Source: Chlorokybus atmophyticus (lineage: Eukaryota; Plantae; Mesostigma and Chlorokybus algae). Taken from it: a stretch of DNA of 64,000 nucleotides. The first letter of the stretch is position 1. The number at the start of each line of letters is the position of its first letter. A program made the position numbers and the translations under genes. The notes under the pieces are model-generated. The model saw only the letters and a program-made list of their open reading frames with translations, did no database searches and was not told where the DNA came from. The stretch spans positions 996,451-1,060,450 of the forward strand of contig RHPI01002503.1 in the NCBI GenBank assembly GCA_009103225.1, written 5' to 3'. Positions 25,221 through 39,300 of the stretch are shown here, one piece after another.

Positions 25221-28200
25221 ATGGCGCTGAAATTCAACGCAAAAAAAGCATGTGAGTTGCCTTTGCCATTGCCCTCCTTCACAACATGAGAAAGCAATGT
25301 ATGACCAGCTCAGCAATGTGCTTGGCAAGCTTTTCTAGCGCAGTTGACAATTGCATGCCGCCAGTCAGTTTCTGTCGTATTGTCTGTCATCAGATGTCTT
25401 GTTGCGTACAATTCCAGCTGTTTGTGGTAGTTTGTTGAGCTTGCCCGCCAATGTGTGCGTATCCTCCGCTCAGTGTTCAGGAAAATGCAGCCGCAAGCAC
25501 AGTGGTTGTTGGTGCCAAGAGCAAGGCGTCACGAAACAGTCACCACCGTGAGGTTGAAGAGCTGTATCGCATGGTCAGCCGCGTGTTAGTTAACCTTTCC
25601 AACCACTTTTGTGCCCAAGATCAGGCGCTGCTGAACTTCCTGCTTAATGAGGTAGTAAGCAATTCTGCTGAGCTGCAAGCGACTGCTAGTTTGGCAAATA
25701 GTCACGGTGGCAATGTTGCATTCTTGCCCGGTGATGACAGGATACCTAGCCGTCTCATAGCCGAGATTTGATAGCACAAGCTTGTCAACATATGTTGCAT
25801 GCCACCTGCAGATTGGCAGCCAAAGGGATATGCCTGTCGACCATGCTGGGTTCTTGCGCCTGGCAGTGCTGTCTGGGGATAAGTGGACGACACAGTCATT
25901 GGCAGCAAAGTTTCCTGAGGTGGTCGATGTTGCCAGGACTCCAGAATCGCTGAATGCTGTCTCTCTGGCTGCTTTGCTTGGGGATATCGACATGGTGAGC
26001 AATCAGTCAATGAGTGTTGTTGTTATAAATGCGTACCGTCGGACGGCTCTTCATATGCTGAGTGCTGTTGCTGCTAGTGAATGCATGCAGCGTTGTTCTG
26101 CTTCCCGACTGTCTTTGTAGTTTGTAGTCGCTGTTCATGGTTGTGTTCACGGTTGCAGGTGAAAACCCTCGCCAGGCTGGGTGCTGATGTTAACGCGGTG
26201 GTTGGGCCATGTCAACAATCCCCTATCATGCTTGTCGTACAATCTGAATGCGTTGATGTCGCCAGCATGGTGGCCTGCCTGCTTAGTCTTGGGGCCGATT
26301 TCAACATGCAAGACAAAGATGGCCGCAACAGCCTCTTACTCGCTGCGCAGGTGACCGCCTTGCTCATTATATAAGTGGACTACATTGGGTCAGAGGTGTG
26401 CTTGTGGGTTTTTGAACGTGGTTGCGTATGCTACATATCAGGCCGGCAATGCGGCAGTTGTGAAGTTGTTCCTGAAGCAAGGGTTGGACATCTCTTCGGT
26501 AGACAAACAGGGTGCTAATGCCTTGATACTCGCCGCCAAAGCAGGCCATGCTGCTGTTTGCGAGCTGATTTTAGCAAATAATCCGGACATGGTGGATGTG
26601 GTTGATGACTTGGATTTGCGGCCGCTAGACTATGCAATTGGCGAAGGTGGGTACCCTTACTTCATCAGCGTTGCTTTTACAAGTTGAGTGAGGTGTGTCT
26701 GCGCACTTGTCCAGGCCTGGTTGACCACAACTGTTGGCTTGAGCAGGTCATGTGGAGGTGATTCGCACGCTTGTAAGGGCAGGATCGTGCGTAGAACTTG
26801 AAGGCCGCAGCCCCCTGCAAGCTGCCTGGCACCCAGACATTAGGCGCGTTTTGCAAGACATTCTGGACTTGGGGGATGGTCAGGTGCAAATTATGGCTTT
26901 GCCAGCTGCTTTGCTTCGCGGTCATTCAGTGTTTCTGCTTGCCTGCCTTATGTGCTTGGCACAATGTTTGTGTTGAAGAGCGAATGTTGTTATCACTGTC
27001 AGGAGTCCAGTGATCAGCGTAGTGCGGCTGTAGTTGTGCCAAAAGATTTGCGTAAGAAACATAAAAAGAAAAAGGGCTCAACTGATGCTCAGCGCCAGGG
27101 TGTGCCGTCAGTACAGCAGGATTGCCAACTTGTGCTCGCTAAGGTGGACTCGTGCACCCAGACTGAAGGTGCCTGTTTTTTCTGGCATGAATGACTCCAC
27201 TTCATAAATCACTGCCTGCTTTACAACCTGGTGTTTTGCTTTAGAATGTGCTCAGCTCTCCCAACACAAGGGCAAGCTATTCCAAGCCTTGATGGCGACT
27301 GGCAAATACGATGTGTACCAGATTGATGCAAGCACGGGCACAATTGTAACGAGTTCCAAGCAATCTGGTGACGATGCTCCAGGAACATCATTTCTTGACA
27401 CTGTGTATGAAGAGGATCAAGGCCGAGTTAAGCTGCTGCTCAAAGCGGACAGCTGGCACGGTGCTACGGATACACTTGTAGTTAAAGGTAGGGTCTTTTT
27501 GATAATGACAACCTTGCAAGGCCTGGAACTTGCCAGCTCGGCAATGGGCTTGCTGCTACTAACTGCTACTCTACAAAGCAGACCCTGCAGATGCCGTTTT
27601 CGCGTTATTGCCGGAGTGTTTGCATGCAACACTGCGCAACGTGAGTGACTGCACATCAGCTTCGTCAGCGCTTCACCTGCAGTACCGACGCAAGAACCCC
27701 AACGGATTCCTTGAGCTGATAGACGCTCAGGCCGTACGTGAGAATGAGAACGCCCTGCATATAGTGGAGTGTAATGCTACTTCGGAGCAATGTCTGCGTG
27801 AAGCGGTCCAGGAGTTAAGCACCACCATGCAGCTGGCGCGCGTTGGCGGCTTCCTGTTTGGATCAGATGGCGTTGTCAGGATGATAAGCCCAGTGTCTGC
27901 TGAAGACATTGGCTATTTACCTCAAGACCTGGTATGCATTAGCGCTTAGGAACAGCCTTGTTTGCGTGACACATGCATACTACCGTCGTATTCAACAGAA
28001 GCAGCTTTAACTGCAAGGGTGTTGATTGCAAGGGTAGTAGTTTTCAATCAGATCAAGAAGTTGTGTGGTGGTGCAGATTGGAGAGCATGTGTATAAGACT
28101 GTGGCTGAAGCCGACCGCGACTTCCTTTCAAGCTTGATTGGAACTGCTGGCCAGCAGCAACCTCGACAGTTCTGTCGCGTGAGCTGGAATGTCATGTATC

Positions 28201-30576
28201 TCATGTCACATCTGCACCAGTGGCAGCTTACAGTCTCCGGCGTGCGCTTGCAGTTAAGAGCCGATGGATCGGAATGTTGGGTGGAAGCACAAGTGCGAGA
28301 ATGCCGTTCTCTACTACTTGGCGACCAAGTGCTGTACCTCAGCGTCGAGAAGGAGTGCACCGAGTATAGAGCTCTGGCCAGCGGTCAGTAGTAGTTGTGT
28401 GTGAGTGCCTCGATTCTGGCCCAGCCAGATGCCACTTGCAGTACTAACCTTGCCTGACATGACCAGGTGCCAAAGTCAACAAAATGTTCTCTGGGATGCT
28501 GGGGGACATGCTAATCTCTTACAAGCACGACATGACCATCCATACCATCAACGGTGCATGTGAAAGAATTTTGGGCTTCAAGCCATCTGAGATGGTACTT
28601 CCTTTCTTCCCTCTGCCAACGCCATTCGTATTCCTTATTGGGCTGATGCTTCCTGCTGATGTCAGATTGGCAAAAACGCCTATGCGTGCATGGTAGAAGA
28701 AGATCGCGAGCGCACCAAGAAGACGTGTGCCGAGATAGTTGCAAGGGTGAGGTTGTCTTGCTTCTAGTAAGTGTCAGCATATAACAGGTGTCTGACAGCT
28801 GTTTGGGATCCAGGGACCTGCCCTGTTGGCAGCCACAACCATTGAGTACAGGAAGTACAAGAAAGGAGGTGGCTTTGTCTGGCTTGAAGGGCGCGCACAG
28901 ATCATGGAGTACGACAATAGCAAAGGAGAGCTGAGCCATGTTGTTGTGGAACGCGACATAACAGGCAAGCAGTTGAGAGCTGCTATGGTATGCGCATTGG
29001 GTTGCATGTCTTGATAAGTGCACATGTGCAGAGCGCAAGATATTTGAGGAGGAGCGTCTTCGTGCTAAACTGTTTGAAGATGCATCTCCGGACATGCTTG
29101 TGCAGACAAACTCACTGGGCGTCATCACAAGGGTTTCTGCCGCTTGCGTAGAGGTTCTTGGCTACAAGCCGGAACAGCTCATCGGGCGACGGGTATGGCA
29201 ACTGCTCTGCAAACTTGCCCACACAGATATTACTTTCATGTTACAGTGTGTCACGGCTAGCATGCAGCTTCTCATTTTGCTTGCATTCAGTACGTGGACA
29301 CTGTACATGCGGAAGATGGTCCACGGCTACAAGTGCTATTGGATGAAGTCAGGTGATTGCTTCTTTACAAATACTTGACAGATTACCTGTTGCCTGCTAC
29401 AGCGTGTCATGCTGTGTCGTGCTGTTGTGGCCACTACAGCCACAACAAGTGAATTTTTTGCTTGTAAATGTTCGGCGATGGTTGACAGTGCATATGCTGT
29501 GTGCACAGATCAAGCATGACCGGACCACGTCTAGAAGCATTGCTAGCCGGCAAGCCAGCCAACTACAGCCGTATCACAGGGTTTTACCGCTTCAGGCGCG
29601 TGCGGAAAGACCAGACAATTGTGCGAATTGAAGCCAAGTATAAGCTGGCTCCTGATCAACTGTCCGGAGGGTAGGCTTTCATGAGGTCTTGGTCATATAT
29701 GTAGCCTTGCTGAAGGCTACTAGGCTTACTGGACAATCTGATTTGATTTGTTTACACAGGTACTCCATCTATTACATCGAACGTGACATTTCAGCCAGGT
29801 ATAAGGTGCTGCGCCAGCTGCGCAACGTAGGTCAGGGCGAGGGCAAGAGCATTACCGCAGCTTTGCAAACGGCGCTGACGGAGGCGCTGAACCGTGCAGC
29901 TCCCAGCCTTAGCCGCATTGATGCACCCGTGTCCGACGTTACTGCAAGTGACTGGTCATCTGAGGAGGACGAGTCTTCGAACTGCGAAGACAGCAACTTT
30001 CCGCGTGAAGTTCCAGCAACCGTGAATGAATTCACAGAGATCATAACAGAGAGCCTAACGCGCAGCCCACCCATGCCGGCTTCTGTTGTCCCAATGCATG
30101 CCACCTCCCCTCCAGTTGTTGACAGTGATGCTCACAGTGATAGCTCCGCGCATGGTGCGGAGCTGCCTTTCCCTGACGATGTTGCCTGCGATTCGCAACA
30201 TTCCAAACAGATGAATGGGAGTGGCCGGCCAGGAAGACAACAGCGATGGGCAAGACCGCCGCACAACAATAATAATCGGGGCGGTCGCGCCCGCGGCAAT
30301 AATGCTAAGGTCAACTCCATGCGGCAGCAGGCACCGCCTCCAATGCAGGTGCAGCTGCCCTTGCTGCTGAACCCAGCCTACTCCATACCTCCCTACATCC
30401 CAATGCAGTACGTCCCAGCAAGCGTCAATGCGCAAATCTCCTCCGGTCCTGCTCCACAACACTACCCGCCTGTCTACAACCGGCTTGTCCACAGTCCCTC
30501 CGGACATGAGTACGTGGTACCTCACGAGCAGCTAGGAAACAGCGCAATGTTCATGACATTCCTCCCGGACGGTTGA
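25221..30576 (+). CDS. Ankyrin-repeat protein with about four PAS/PAC domains and a disordered C-terminus, multi-exon; start codon tentative
   Basis: ANK: LGADFNMQDKDGRNSLLLAAQ, GLDISSVDKQGANALILAAKAGHAAVCELIL. PAS/PAC: INGACERILGFKPSEM, YRKYKKGGGFVWLEGRAQ...VVERDIT, VSAACVEVLGYKPEQLIGR, VYEEDQGRV, SECWVEAQ, YYIERDIS. No kinase or HisKA motif seen. Confidence 0.8.
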
Positions 30577-31454
30577 TTGTCATCTACCCTTTTATTAACC
30601 AGACAGTCTGATCAATACTTCATTGAATTGACCATCACAGGCGTTATTGTAGCTTACGGCACCACCACCCGTAACCAACAACATTGCCAGCAGGAAGCAG
30701 TCCAGACGCAGACCTCCTGCTGCTAGAGCACAACGCTTCAATTTCAGCATAAGTGCCTTGTGGGGCACGGTAACCATGACACCACGCGTGTGTATCATGG
30801 CTTTCTTGACGGTTTATTGGGGCAACCGTCAAAGCCGCTGGCGGAGTTTGCTACTATGGGCAGGTAGCCAGCAAGCCAGCCAGGGGGCCCCTTCCCCCCT
30901 TCCCGCCTTCCCCCCNCGTAGCTCAGGTGCTACAATAGGCTATGTCTGTGTGCAAGAGGCCAGCTGGGTTGACTTGCCACAACATTCCGCATGCCTTAGC
31001 CTTGAAAACCCCACATGCTAGTTACGGACATTGAAACTAATTGCAGTATGTTGGTATGTTGATATGTATATAAGGGGTATGGTACTGTGCCAGCATGCAT
31101 GGTGTGCGGACAATGTGCATGACATGCATCACAACCATGCTTCACAACTCATCACATCACAGTCACCACCTAGGCTAGTACTATGGCTTGCTACGCTACC
31201 ACTAGCCCGCCCCGTCAGGCATACAAGCATGTAAAAGGTTGCCTGCCCAACAGGCAGGCCACCTTACATAGCGGGCTATGTAACCATGCAGATTAATATC
31301 GGCAACTGGAACTTACAGTGCAGTATCATATCGCTCTGTGCACACTGAATGTGCGTGGAATCAATGTAGCACCCCACACGCAGCATCACTGGTCTGACGG
31401 CAGTTTTATTATATATATTGCATCGAATGATGCAAAGAAGCAATCACACGCTAG

Positions 31455-31736
<282 letters not shown>

Positions 31737-32373
31737 GCATGATTGGCAAGCGCCGCATCAAGGTAATATTACAATGCTTTGATAATCATTATTGGTGCAC
31801 ACCCAAGTAGTGCTCACCTTCTCAAGCCTGGCCACAAGCAGACGCTTTGCCTAAAAGTCATGAACTTGATAAGTTTTGGGTAGTGTTGGTGTTCTACTCT
31901 TGTCACATGATGTTCTAGTCATGTGACAAGAGTAGAACACCCACACAATCTTGGCAATCACTTTCAATTTCTTTAAACATTATGAATTAATCAATGACAT
32001 ATGGTCGAAAATTAGGCGGCCGGTCGTGTTGCTGAACAGTGTTACGCCATCGTGGAATCAATTAAAGGAGCTAATGGGCGCACAGCCCCATAGCCGAGCC
32101 TTATCCTGGAGGTGCGAAGCCCTGTGCAACGCAGCTACACGTTGTGTCAAGTTGACAGAGTGTATGACCGTCGATACCAACAATTATATTATAATTATAA
32201 TCAATTATGAAGCAACGCTGGTGACTCATCACGTTAACAACGTTATTTATTATTCGAACAACGTTTTTACAATTAATTGTTTTATGAAGGCTAAGGCTTA
32301 GCCTTTTGCAGTTGACCGCACCCATCGACGATTCCCGCCATCACCAAATCTCCATATTCAACAACGCGAGCCA

Positions 32374-34790
32374 TTAAAGTGCCCTTAAAGGAGAGTTACT
32401 TAGCTCAATCAATCTCATTGCAAGCAAGGCCTTGATCTGCCCCTCCATGTCCACATACTCATCAGGACTCTGCTTATACACAGGTCTGGACAGAGGTTGC
32501 GCACCCGATTCAAGAGGGATCATATGCCATACGTCCCTCTCAGGTGGCAACTCGGGCAACTCAGCTTGAAACACATGGGCATACTTAGTTAATAGACCTT
32601 TCAGAACCGCGTCTTGCGGTTTGCCATTGGTGTCATCAGTTGCAATGGTTGGGCTATCGGTGGCAAACGGCCGGACTAGCACCTGAAATTTCTTCATGGT
32701 GAACCGCCCTCTTCACCTGCAAAGCTCTTAACAAACAATATGAGACATCGGGACCAGATTCGTCATCACTTGCACCGGGTACAACATCGTGCCCATTTGC
32801 GCAAGGTCACACACCCTTCCCTTTGCGTACACTGCAAAGTTTAAATGTTTGCGTCCGTGCGCAAGCCACATGCTTGCTCTTAATGGCTGCCAACAATGTC
32901 ATCCACGCCTGGCAACTTAATTTGAATGACCAAGAACTTGAGCTGTGCGTATTAGCCCTGCACATGCACGGACAAGCGCACGACTCCCCGCACAGGGATA
33001 CTGTGCTTGTTCAAGGCCACAACCGTGTCCTCACACTTGGTGACACGAATGCATAAGCGTTGCACGAGAGACTCACTTACGAAGTACTCCGGCGTGCCCG
33101 TGTCTATCATTAAGATGCACGGTAAGTGCGCAACTAATGCCTTAGACCAACAAAGTCAAGTCCACAAAACTTACCGCATCGATAGTAGGTGGGTCATACA
33201 ACATGTGTGCACGCCCCTTTTTCAGCTTGACTTCACCCATAACTTGCATACCTTTGATGAGGCAAACCCTGCTTGGGTACAATAATGCACGCACTCGTGT
33301 TGTGCGCGCTCTTGCTCTTGCATGCAACATAGTGCGTGAGCATGTTGTGCAACTTGTCAACAGGCGCATGAAGCAGAACACATTCCCGCACAGTCGTTGT
33401 GTCCACAGTGTCCACATGTACACCCATCTCATTCTCCGACACATAAACATTGCATGGTGGGGGAAGGCGTGACATCAAACCACTATAAGCACACTGCTGA
33501 TCGACATCCTTAGAGCAAGTAGCCATTGCCATTCCCTGTTGCATGCATGGCTTCTTGCTCTCTTCATGCCTATCATACATGACAACATGGCCCCGAGCGG
33601 CGTCCGCTGCAACCTCACTGAGCTAAGCTGCACGGTCGCGCTATTTAATCTCGGTGACCGTGTTGTGCATCATTGGATACTCCAACATGTTTTCCATGAA
33701 GGACTTGATCAGCTCTCAATGATTGCAAACGAGCAATGTCGGCCTCGTGTTGTTATTGCAACCCTGCTACTTGCTCACAGAATGTGGCAACCAAAGTGGA
33801 CAATTGTCGAGTGGTCTTGGCAACATCATTGCCCCGAGATGCCTTCTCACATGTTGCTTGCTGTTGCTCAGCCATGTTCACAATGGGCAAACCAAAACCA
33901 CACGGTGTTGTCACCGTAACAGATGCACACACACGCACATGTACGAGCAGCAAAGTGCAGCAAAATGCAGATGCGTGTGCAAGACTATGCACCAGCAGCA
34001 AATGAACACAAGTAATGCACAGATCAGCGTGCAAAACGGCCCACACCTAGCATGCAAGTGTGCATGCAGGTGCAACGATCAACTAGCACGCACAATCAGC
34101 AGGAGCACACTGCCATGCAGCACATATATGCAAAGAATGCAACGCACGCACCGTGCAGCAAGTGCACAAGCTGATGGGCAAGCATGCAAGGCTTGGCTTG
34201 GAAACGAGCTTCGAGTACAATGTAATGATACCGCTGCTTATTTGATGGTCGGGGCTTGGCAAACGTACGCACAAGCACTAAAGACGTACAGCGGAAGTTC
34301 CACCAGCACCACGGTGCAGAGGAAGTTGCAGCAGCGCACCAAGGAAGGGGAGGATGACTACCTTGCACACATTTTCAGCCCCAGGCACACCCACGCCCCA
34401 CACACCCATATGCACACACCACCCCACACCCCACAAGGGATGAGGGGGAGAGCCCCTTCAACAGCTACTAGCCAGGCACCCCACACACAAGTGGCCCTTG
34501 AGTGGAGAACACACTTTGATCCCTACTCAAGATTGCTACAAAGCATATATACCACTTGCTGCTCTCCCGATTTGGCACACAGGATGTTCAAGGCCCTCAA
34601 GACCTTGTCACTATGTGCTGACCTTGTTCCAACATAGGAACAAACAAACTCCATCTCGGGAGTATCAAACTCCCTCGGTCCTCGCAGGAGGAACAATCCT
34701 ACCTCAGAACTTCAAGCATAGGCTCTCCTAGTACAGCAGTATTTGGGGATCGGCCACAGGCATGATTTACCTTGCATCTGTTATCGCAAT
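32374..34790 (-). mobile_element. Degenerate Ty3/Gypsy fragment: gag region, Dam-like domain, protease, start of pol; truncated
   Basis: MIDTGTPEYFVSESL near 33110; VFQAELPELPPERDVWHMIPLESGAQPLSRPVYKQS; CVLLHAPVDKLHNMLTHYVACK..NTSACIIVPK (33233-33580). Confidence 0.75.
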
Positions 34791-36313
34791 GGCAATTCGC
34801 ACTACCATAGTGTAATCCTGTGGTTTGCCAACTTGGCATTCTTTCTTAAAGCTGTCACATCCTTTGGCAACTCATATGTTTGGGCCAAAGGCCTCAGGCA
34901 CTAACCAGCTCTGTCATGCCAAATACCCTCGCATGCCAGTCCTCCTCGAGCATGCCTACATACAGCCCCAAGCCCAGGCTACCAGCATGAAGACCTTGCG
35001 CGCCCCAGCCTACTGCTAGCTATTTCGTACTTCATGTAGCATGTAGCTAGGGCTACTCTATAGACCTCTCTGTAGGAACCGCGCGTAGCTGATCAGTTTG
35101 AAATCTGTTATCAGCTCATGTGCTATATCGAACCTTAGGGGATTTCCGTAGTATCATACGGCCTCGATGTGACCATTGGCCTAGTGCCCGCGTGGCACTG
35201 CACAGTCATGATTTGACATGTATAAGTAGGAAGTCATGTCACTAGACTCGCTGGTAACACTGTAAGTGAGTACAAAGAGTAAAGACTCTGACTTTAAGAG
35301 CTTGTGAAACGACTTGAACTCGAAGCACACCGTCCCGGTTGCCAAGAACTGCCTTACTGCGCGAGACATAATGTATGCTCTTGTGCGCTGTGCTTGTCAT
35401 TGCTGTGAGCTTGGCGGTGGTGCGTTTGCTGCATCAGTCAGGACATAGCATCTCTGAGTTGCTTTTCCATTCACCTTACTTAACAGTGTAACACATCATC
35501 CACTCATGCAAAGAACTGTGTGTACAGCACTACCTATCGTAGTGGCTTGTTTACTCACAGTGTCACCCGTTTTGCTCAAGTAAGTGCGTCACATTCTGCA
35601 TCAAACAGTGCAGTCTGTATCTGGGATACATCTCTATGCATTTGTTATCACTACGATCACATAATGCGCACTCAAGCACTAGTGTGGTGAGTGGCAGCAA
35701 CATCAAGGCAGACAGTAGAGCACAAACACTCTACCCTGCATACAATTTTACCTGTGGACTTGCTGTATGAGCAAGACCACCCCATTCTCTCCAATAAAGG
35801 AGGGTAACCTCAGCAGCTGGAGCCCAACCTCCAATCTCACCTACGAGCGGACCAGCAACGAGAGCAGCGATTGCAGCAGCAGAGGCTCGCGTTCTGTCTC
35901 CGGCTTCACTCCGTTCCGGTCCATTCCTCGCCATCGAGCTTCCCCACTATCGTTCGACAGCGACGACTATAAGATGGAGTCTTTCAGCTCAACCACATCC
36001 CTACGTTTTCCCGGACGTGCTAACACCACCTCGCTGGACGAATTTAATCATCAAGTTTTCCATTCCATTCCAAGATGCGACAGCAAGCTCTGAAGAACAA
36101 AGACTGGTCAGATGAGATTTCTTTCCACATTGCTGCTCAGTATCTGAACCATAAAGCACCCAGGCCTCTGGGGTACATCATCGAGAACGTGCACTCCGAG
36201 GACGATAGGTGTCATCACGTGGTCAACAGCTTTCGACAGGTGTGCTCCTTGCTGGGGCATCCTCTCATAATCAACGAAGCGCGTCATGGATCCCGTGCTT
36301 AATGTGTCGCGCC

Positions 36314-39300
36314 TGTAACGGGAGCAATAATAATAGGGGTATTATTGCTAATTAAATAACACATTCTATATGAATAAGTATCTAAATATGCTTATTCATA
36401 CCTTTTTTTCTACGGTTCCTCGCTTATTGAAGGCTATCATGCGTTATCATAGCTTAAATAAGTCCCAATGGGTGTAGAACCGCTTATTCAAGCCTATTCG
36501 ATGTCACATTTGATAAAATGTGATCATCATCTCGTTAGGTACCTTACGATAGGTATCTTTCGATAGGTACCTTCTCTGAGCTGTGTTTGGCTTACGCTAG
36601 ATTTTCAAACTACCCTATCTGTAGGGTCGATGTCTAATTGTGAGTTAATTATCGAAAGGTGTATATTTGATATACTCTTGATATAAAAGGTCACATCAAA
36701 CTGATGTGGGGACTGTCAGTTCTCTGCTCAGTGGCGGCCACGCCGTTGAAAGGCTTGTCATAGGCGGTATAGGTGTTGGGGTAAAGGATTGAAGGGGCAT
36801 CACCGGCGACGGTGGTGCTGTTATATTGGTATCCAGGAGCTAGGGGGTGACGTGGGTACTTATAGGGGTCGGCAACCTGCTCTCGGCCAAGCTGAAGGCG
36901 GTGGCGGCGGCCTCCTATTCGTCCACGCAGCCCAAGCTTCAAGTTAGCTTCCCTGCGCTACCTCAACGTTGAAGCCACCCATTAAAGAGGCGGCTTCTCC
37001 ACGTGTGAGGTACCATCACACATGGCGGTGACTTGCCTGCTTGCCAGCTGCTTGCCATCTGCACGTGTGTACTTTCATGCACATCATTCAGTGACTTGCC
37101 AATGCATGAGTGCGGCTTGCTAGTGTGCCATCACTGCTTCTCACACATAGTGCACTATCATTGCTTGCAGTGATTGCCTGTTATTGCATGCGGTGATTGC
37201 TTGTCATTGTGCTTGCCAGTGCATGTCACAGTTGGTCACGGTACGGCTTACCTGTTGCATGCCTGTGGCTTGCCTGTTGCATGCCTGTGACGTACCTGTG
37301 ACCTGCCAGCTGCTTTTCCGTGTCGCTTGACCCGGGTCCGCAAGTTTCGAACCAACTTTAACTGTTCTTAAACCCTCCCCCTCTGGCTTCGGCCTGGAGA
37401 TCGGGACTTGGTTAAGACCGTTTTGGGGAGTATCTAGGACGTTCTGTTCTCAAACACTGATAGTCTGAAACCCTCCCCCTCTGGCTTCGGCCTGGAGATC
37501 GGGACTTGGTTGAGGACAACACAGGGTTAGAACATATAGGTCCCACTTAGACTTGTTCTGTTAAGTGACACTCCAGATCCAACCTTTCCTGTTTTGGGAC
37601 TAATTTCAACTCTGTTTGGGACTTTTACAACTTGGGGTCATTTGGATCCTCTCGTTGAACTTGGTCCATTGGTGAGGTTCTCACCATTCCATTTTGCCTG
37701 TTTTGCAGATAAATGGCAGAGAACTCGGTGCCCGCCCCAAAGGGGGAAAGCTCGCAAAAAGAGCAATTATCCCGTGAGGAGGAGTTTCCATCTATGAAGG
37801 ATATTTCCAACCCGGATGATGCACCTGATGAGTCTCATGCTGCTAAGGATGTGGATGGCTTGGTGGAACCAGACCGGCCACCACCATCACCATCATTCGT
37901 GCAGCTGATGAAATCTCAATTCGCTTGACAAAACAGGAGTTGATGGACCACTTTCTTGGCACCTATGATGAGGAGCCTCGTGAGGCGATTGCCTCGCTCG
38001 TCAACTTCCTCTTTCATGTGGCGGAAAAGATCTCAAAGCTCACCACCTTTATGGGGCGAGATTGGGAGGGATCGATGGGTGATGGCAAACGTCATATGAA
38101 CATGGTCGAGCGCCTTCAACGCTCTGACGGTGGTCCACCTGTTCAGGCGCTTGCTCGACCTGCCGAGTTTGTTCCCAACAAACAAGCGGCAAGTTTCGAC
38201 TGGCTCGTGAAGCTGAGACACTATGTCAACTCTTTTCACATTTCTGAGGAGGGGAAGTTGCGTGTAGCTGAGTTGCTAATCCCACACGATGCTCTGGCAG
38301 AGTGGTACCGCCGTAAGCAACGGGATACGAACCTCGGGCGGGAAGTGAATCAGTTGTGCTCTTTCATGGAGCATCGCTATGGTGGCGCAGATCCTTGCCA
38401 GGTTGCTCGCAACCAGCTGCACAATCGCGTCAGAACGGGCGTCCAGTTCAACAGTATATCCAGGATTTTCAGTCGTTTGTCAGCAAGATCAATGCTGGCA
38501 AACTACCCATCACTGATGCTGATTAGCTGGATATGTTCAGGCGTGGCTTTGACACAGATCTCGTGCAGCATGTGGCCGTCAACCCCGCGAGTTTGCAAGA
38601 GTGGGCCTCAACGGATTTACCAATGCTGATGCAAATGGTTGCTGCTGTGGACAGTGTGAAGCGCTCTCATGCAAACCACAACAAAAGAAGCAGCCCCGGT
38701 TTCAGCTGCAAAGCGCCCGGCCACTGACAACAAACCTTTTGTGAAAAAGGCGAAAACATCTCAACCTGCTGGCCCGTACAACGCGGCTAAATCCACCATC
38801 ACTTGCAACTTCTGCAAGAAGACAGGTCATGGGGAGGCCAAGTGCTATGCAAAGCAGAATGCACAGAAGGCCAAGCAGCAGAAGGACAAGAAATAGGAAT
38901 TGTCCGTGGTTGGTAGCTTAGTCGAGCAGAACGACTTTAAAAATTCTGTACTTTTTAATAAAATTTCTCTCTTTGTGATGTATCAGATGTATGAACTGAT
39001 ATGAGCACACCACCTGTGTTGACAAATGCAAAAGGTTGTGTTTTAATCAATGTTCCATTCTCTGAGTTGGTAACTGCTGTTAAGCACTTACACACATTGC
39101 AATTACAACATGCTGTCACTGCATGTGTAGTTATCCCTCGATATCATGGCCCGTGGTCGCGATTGTTGAAAGGGGGAGAAGTAGTATCATGCAACTCTCA
39201 CGCAAAGATACTGGAACTTCACCGTTACAAGTGATGTTTATCAAGCCTGCTACCAATCACGGCACTCCGACATTAGCTACATTTGATGGTCACCCAGTGC

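Noticed and set aside
30640-30840. Minus-strand peptide QESHDTHAWCHG resembling an integrase zinc finger
   Set aside because: Similarity too weak and no supporting neighbouring motifs.
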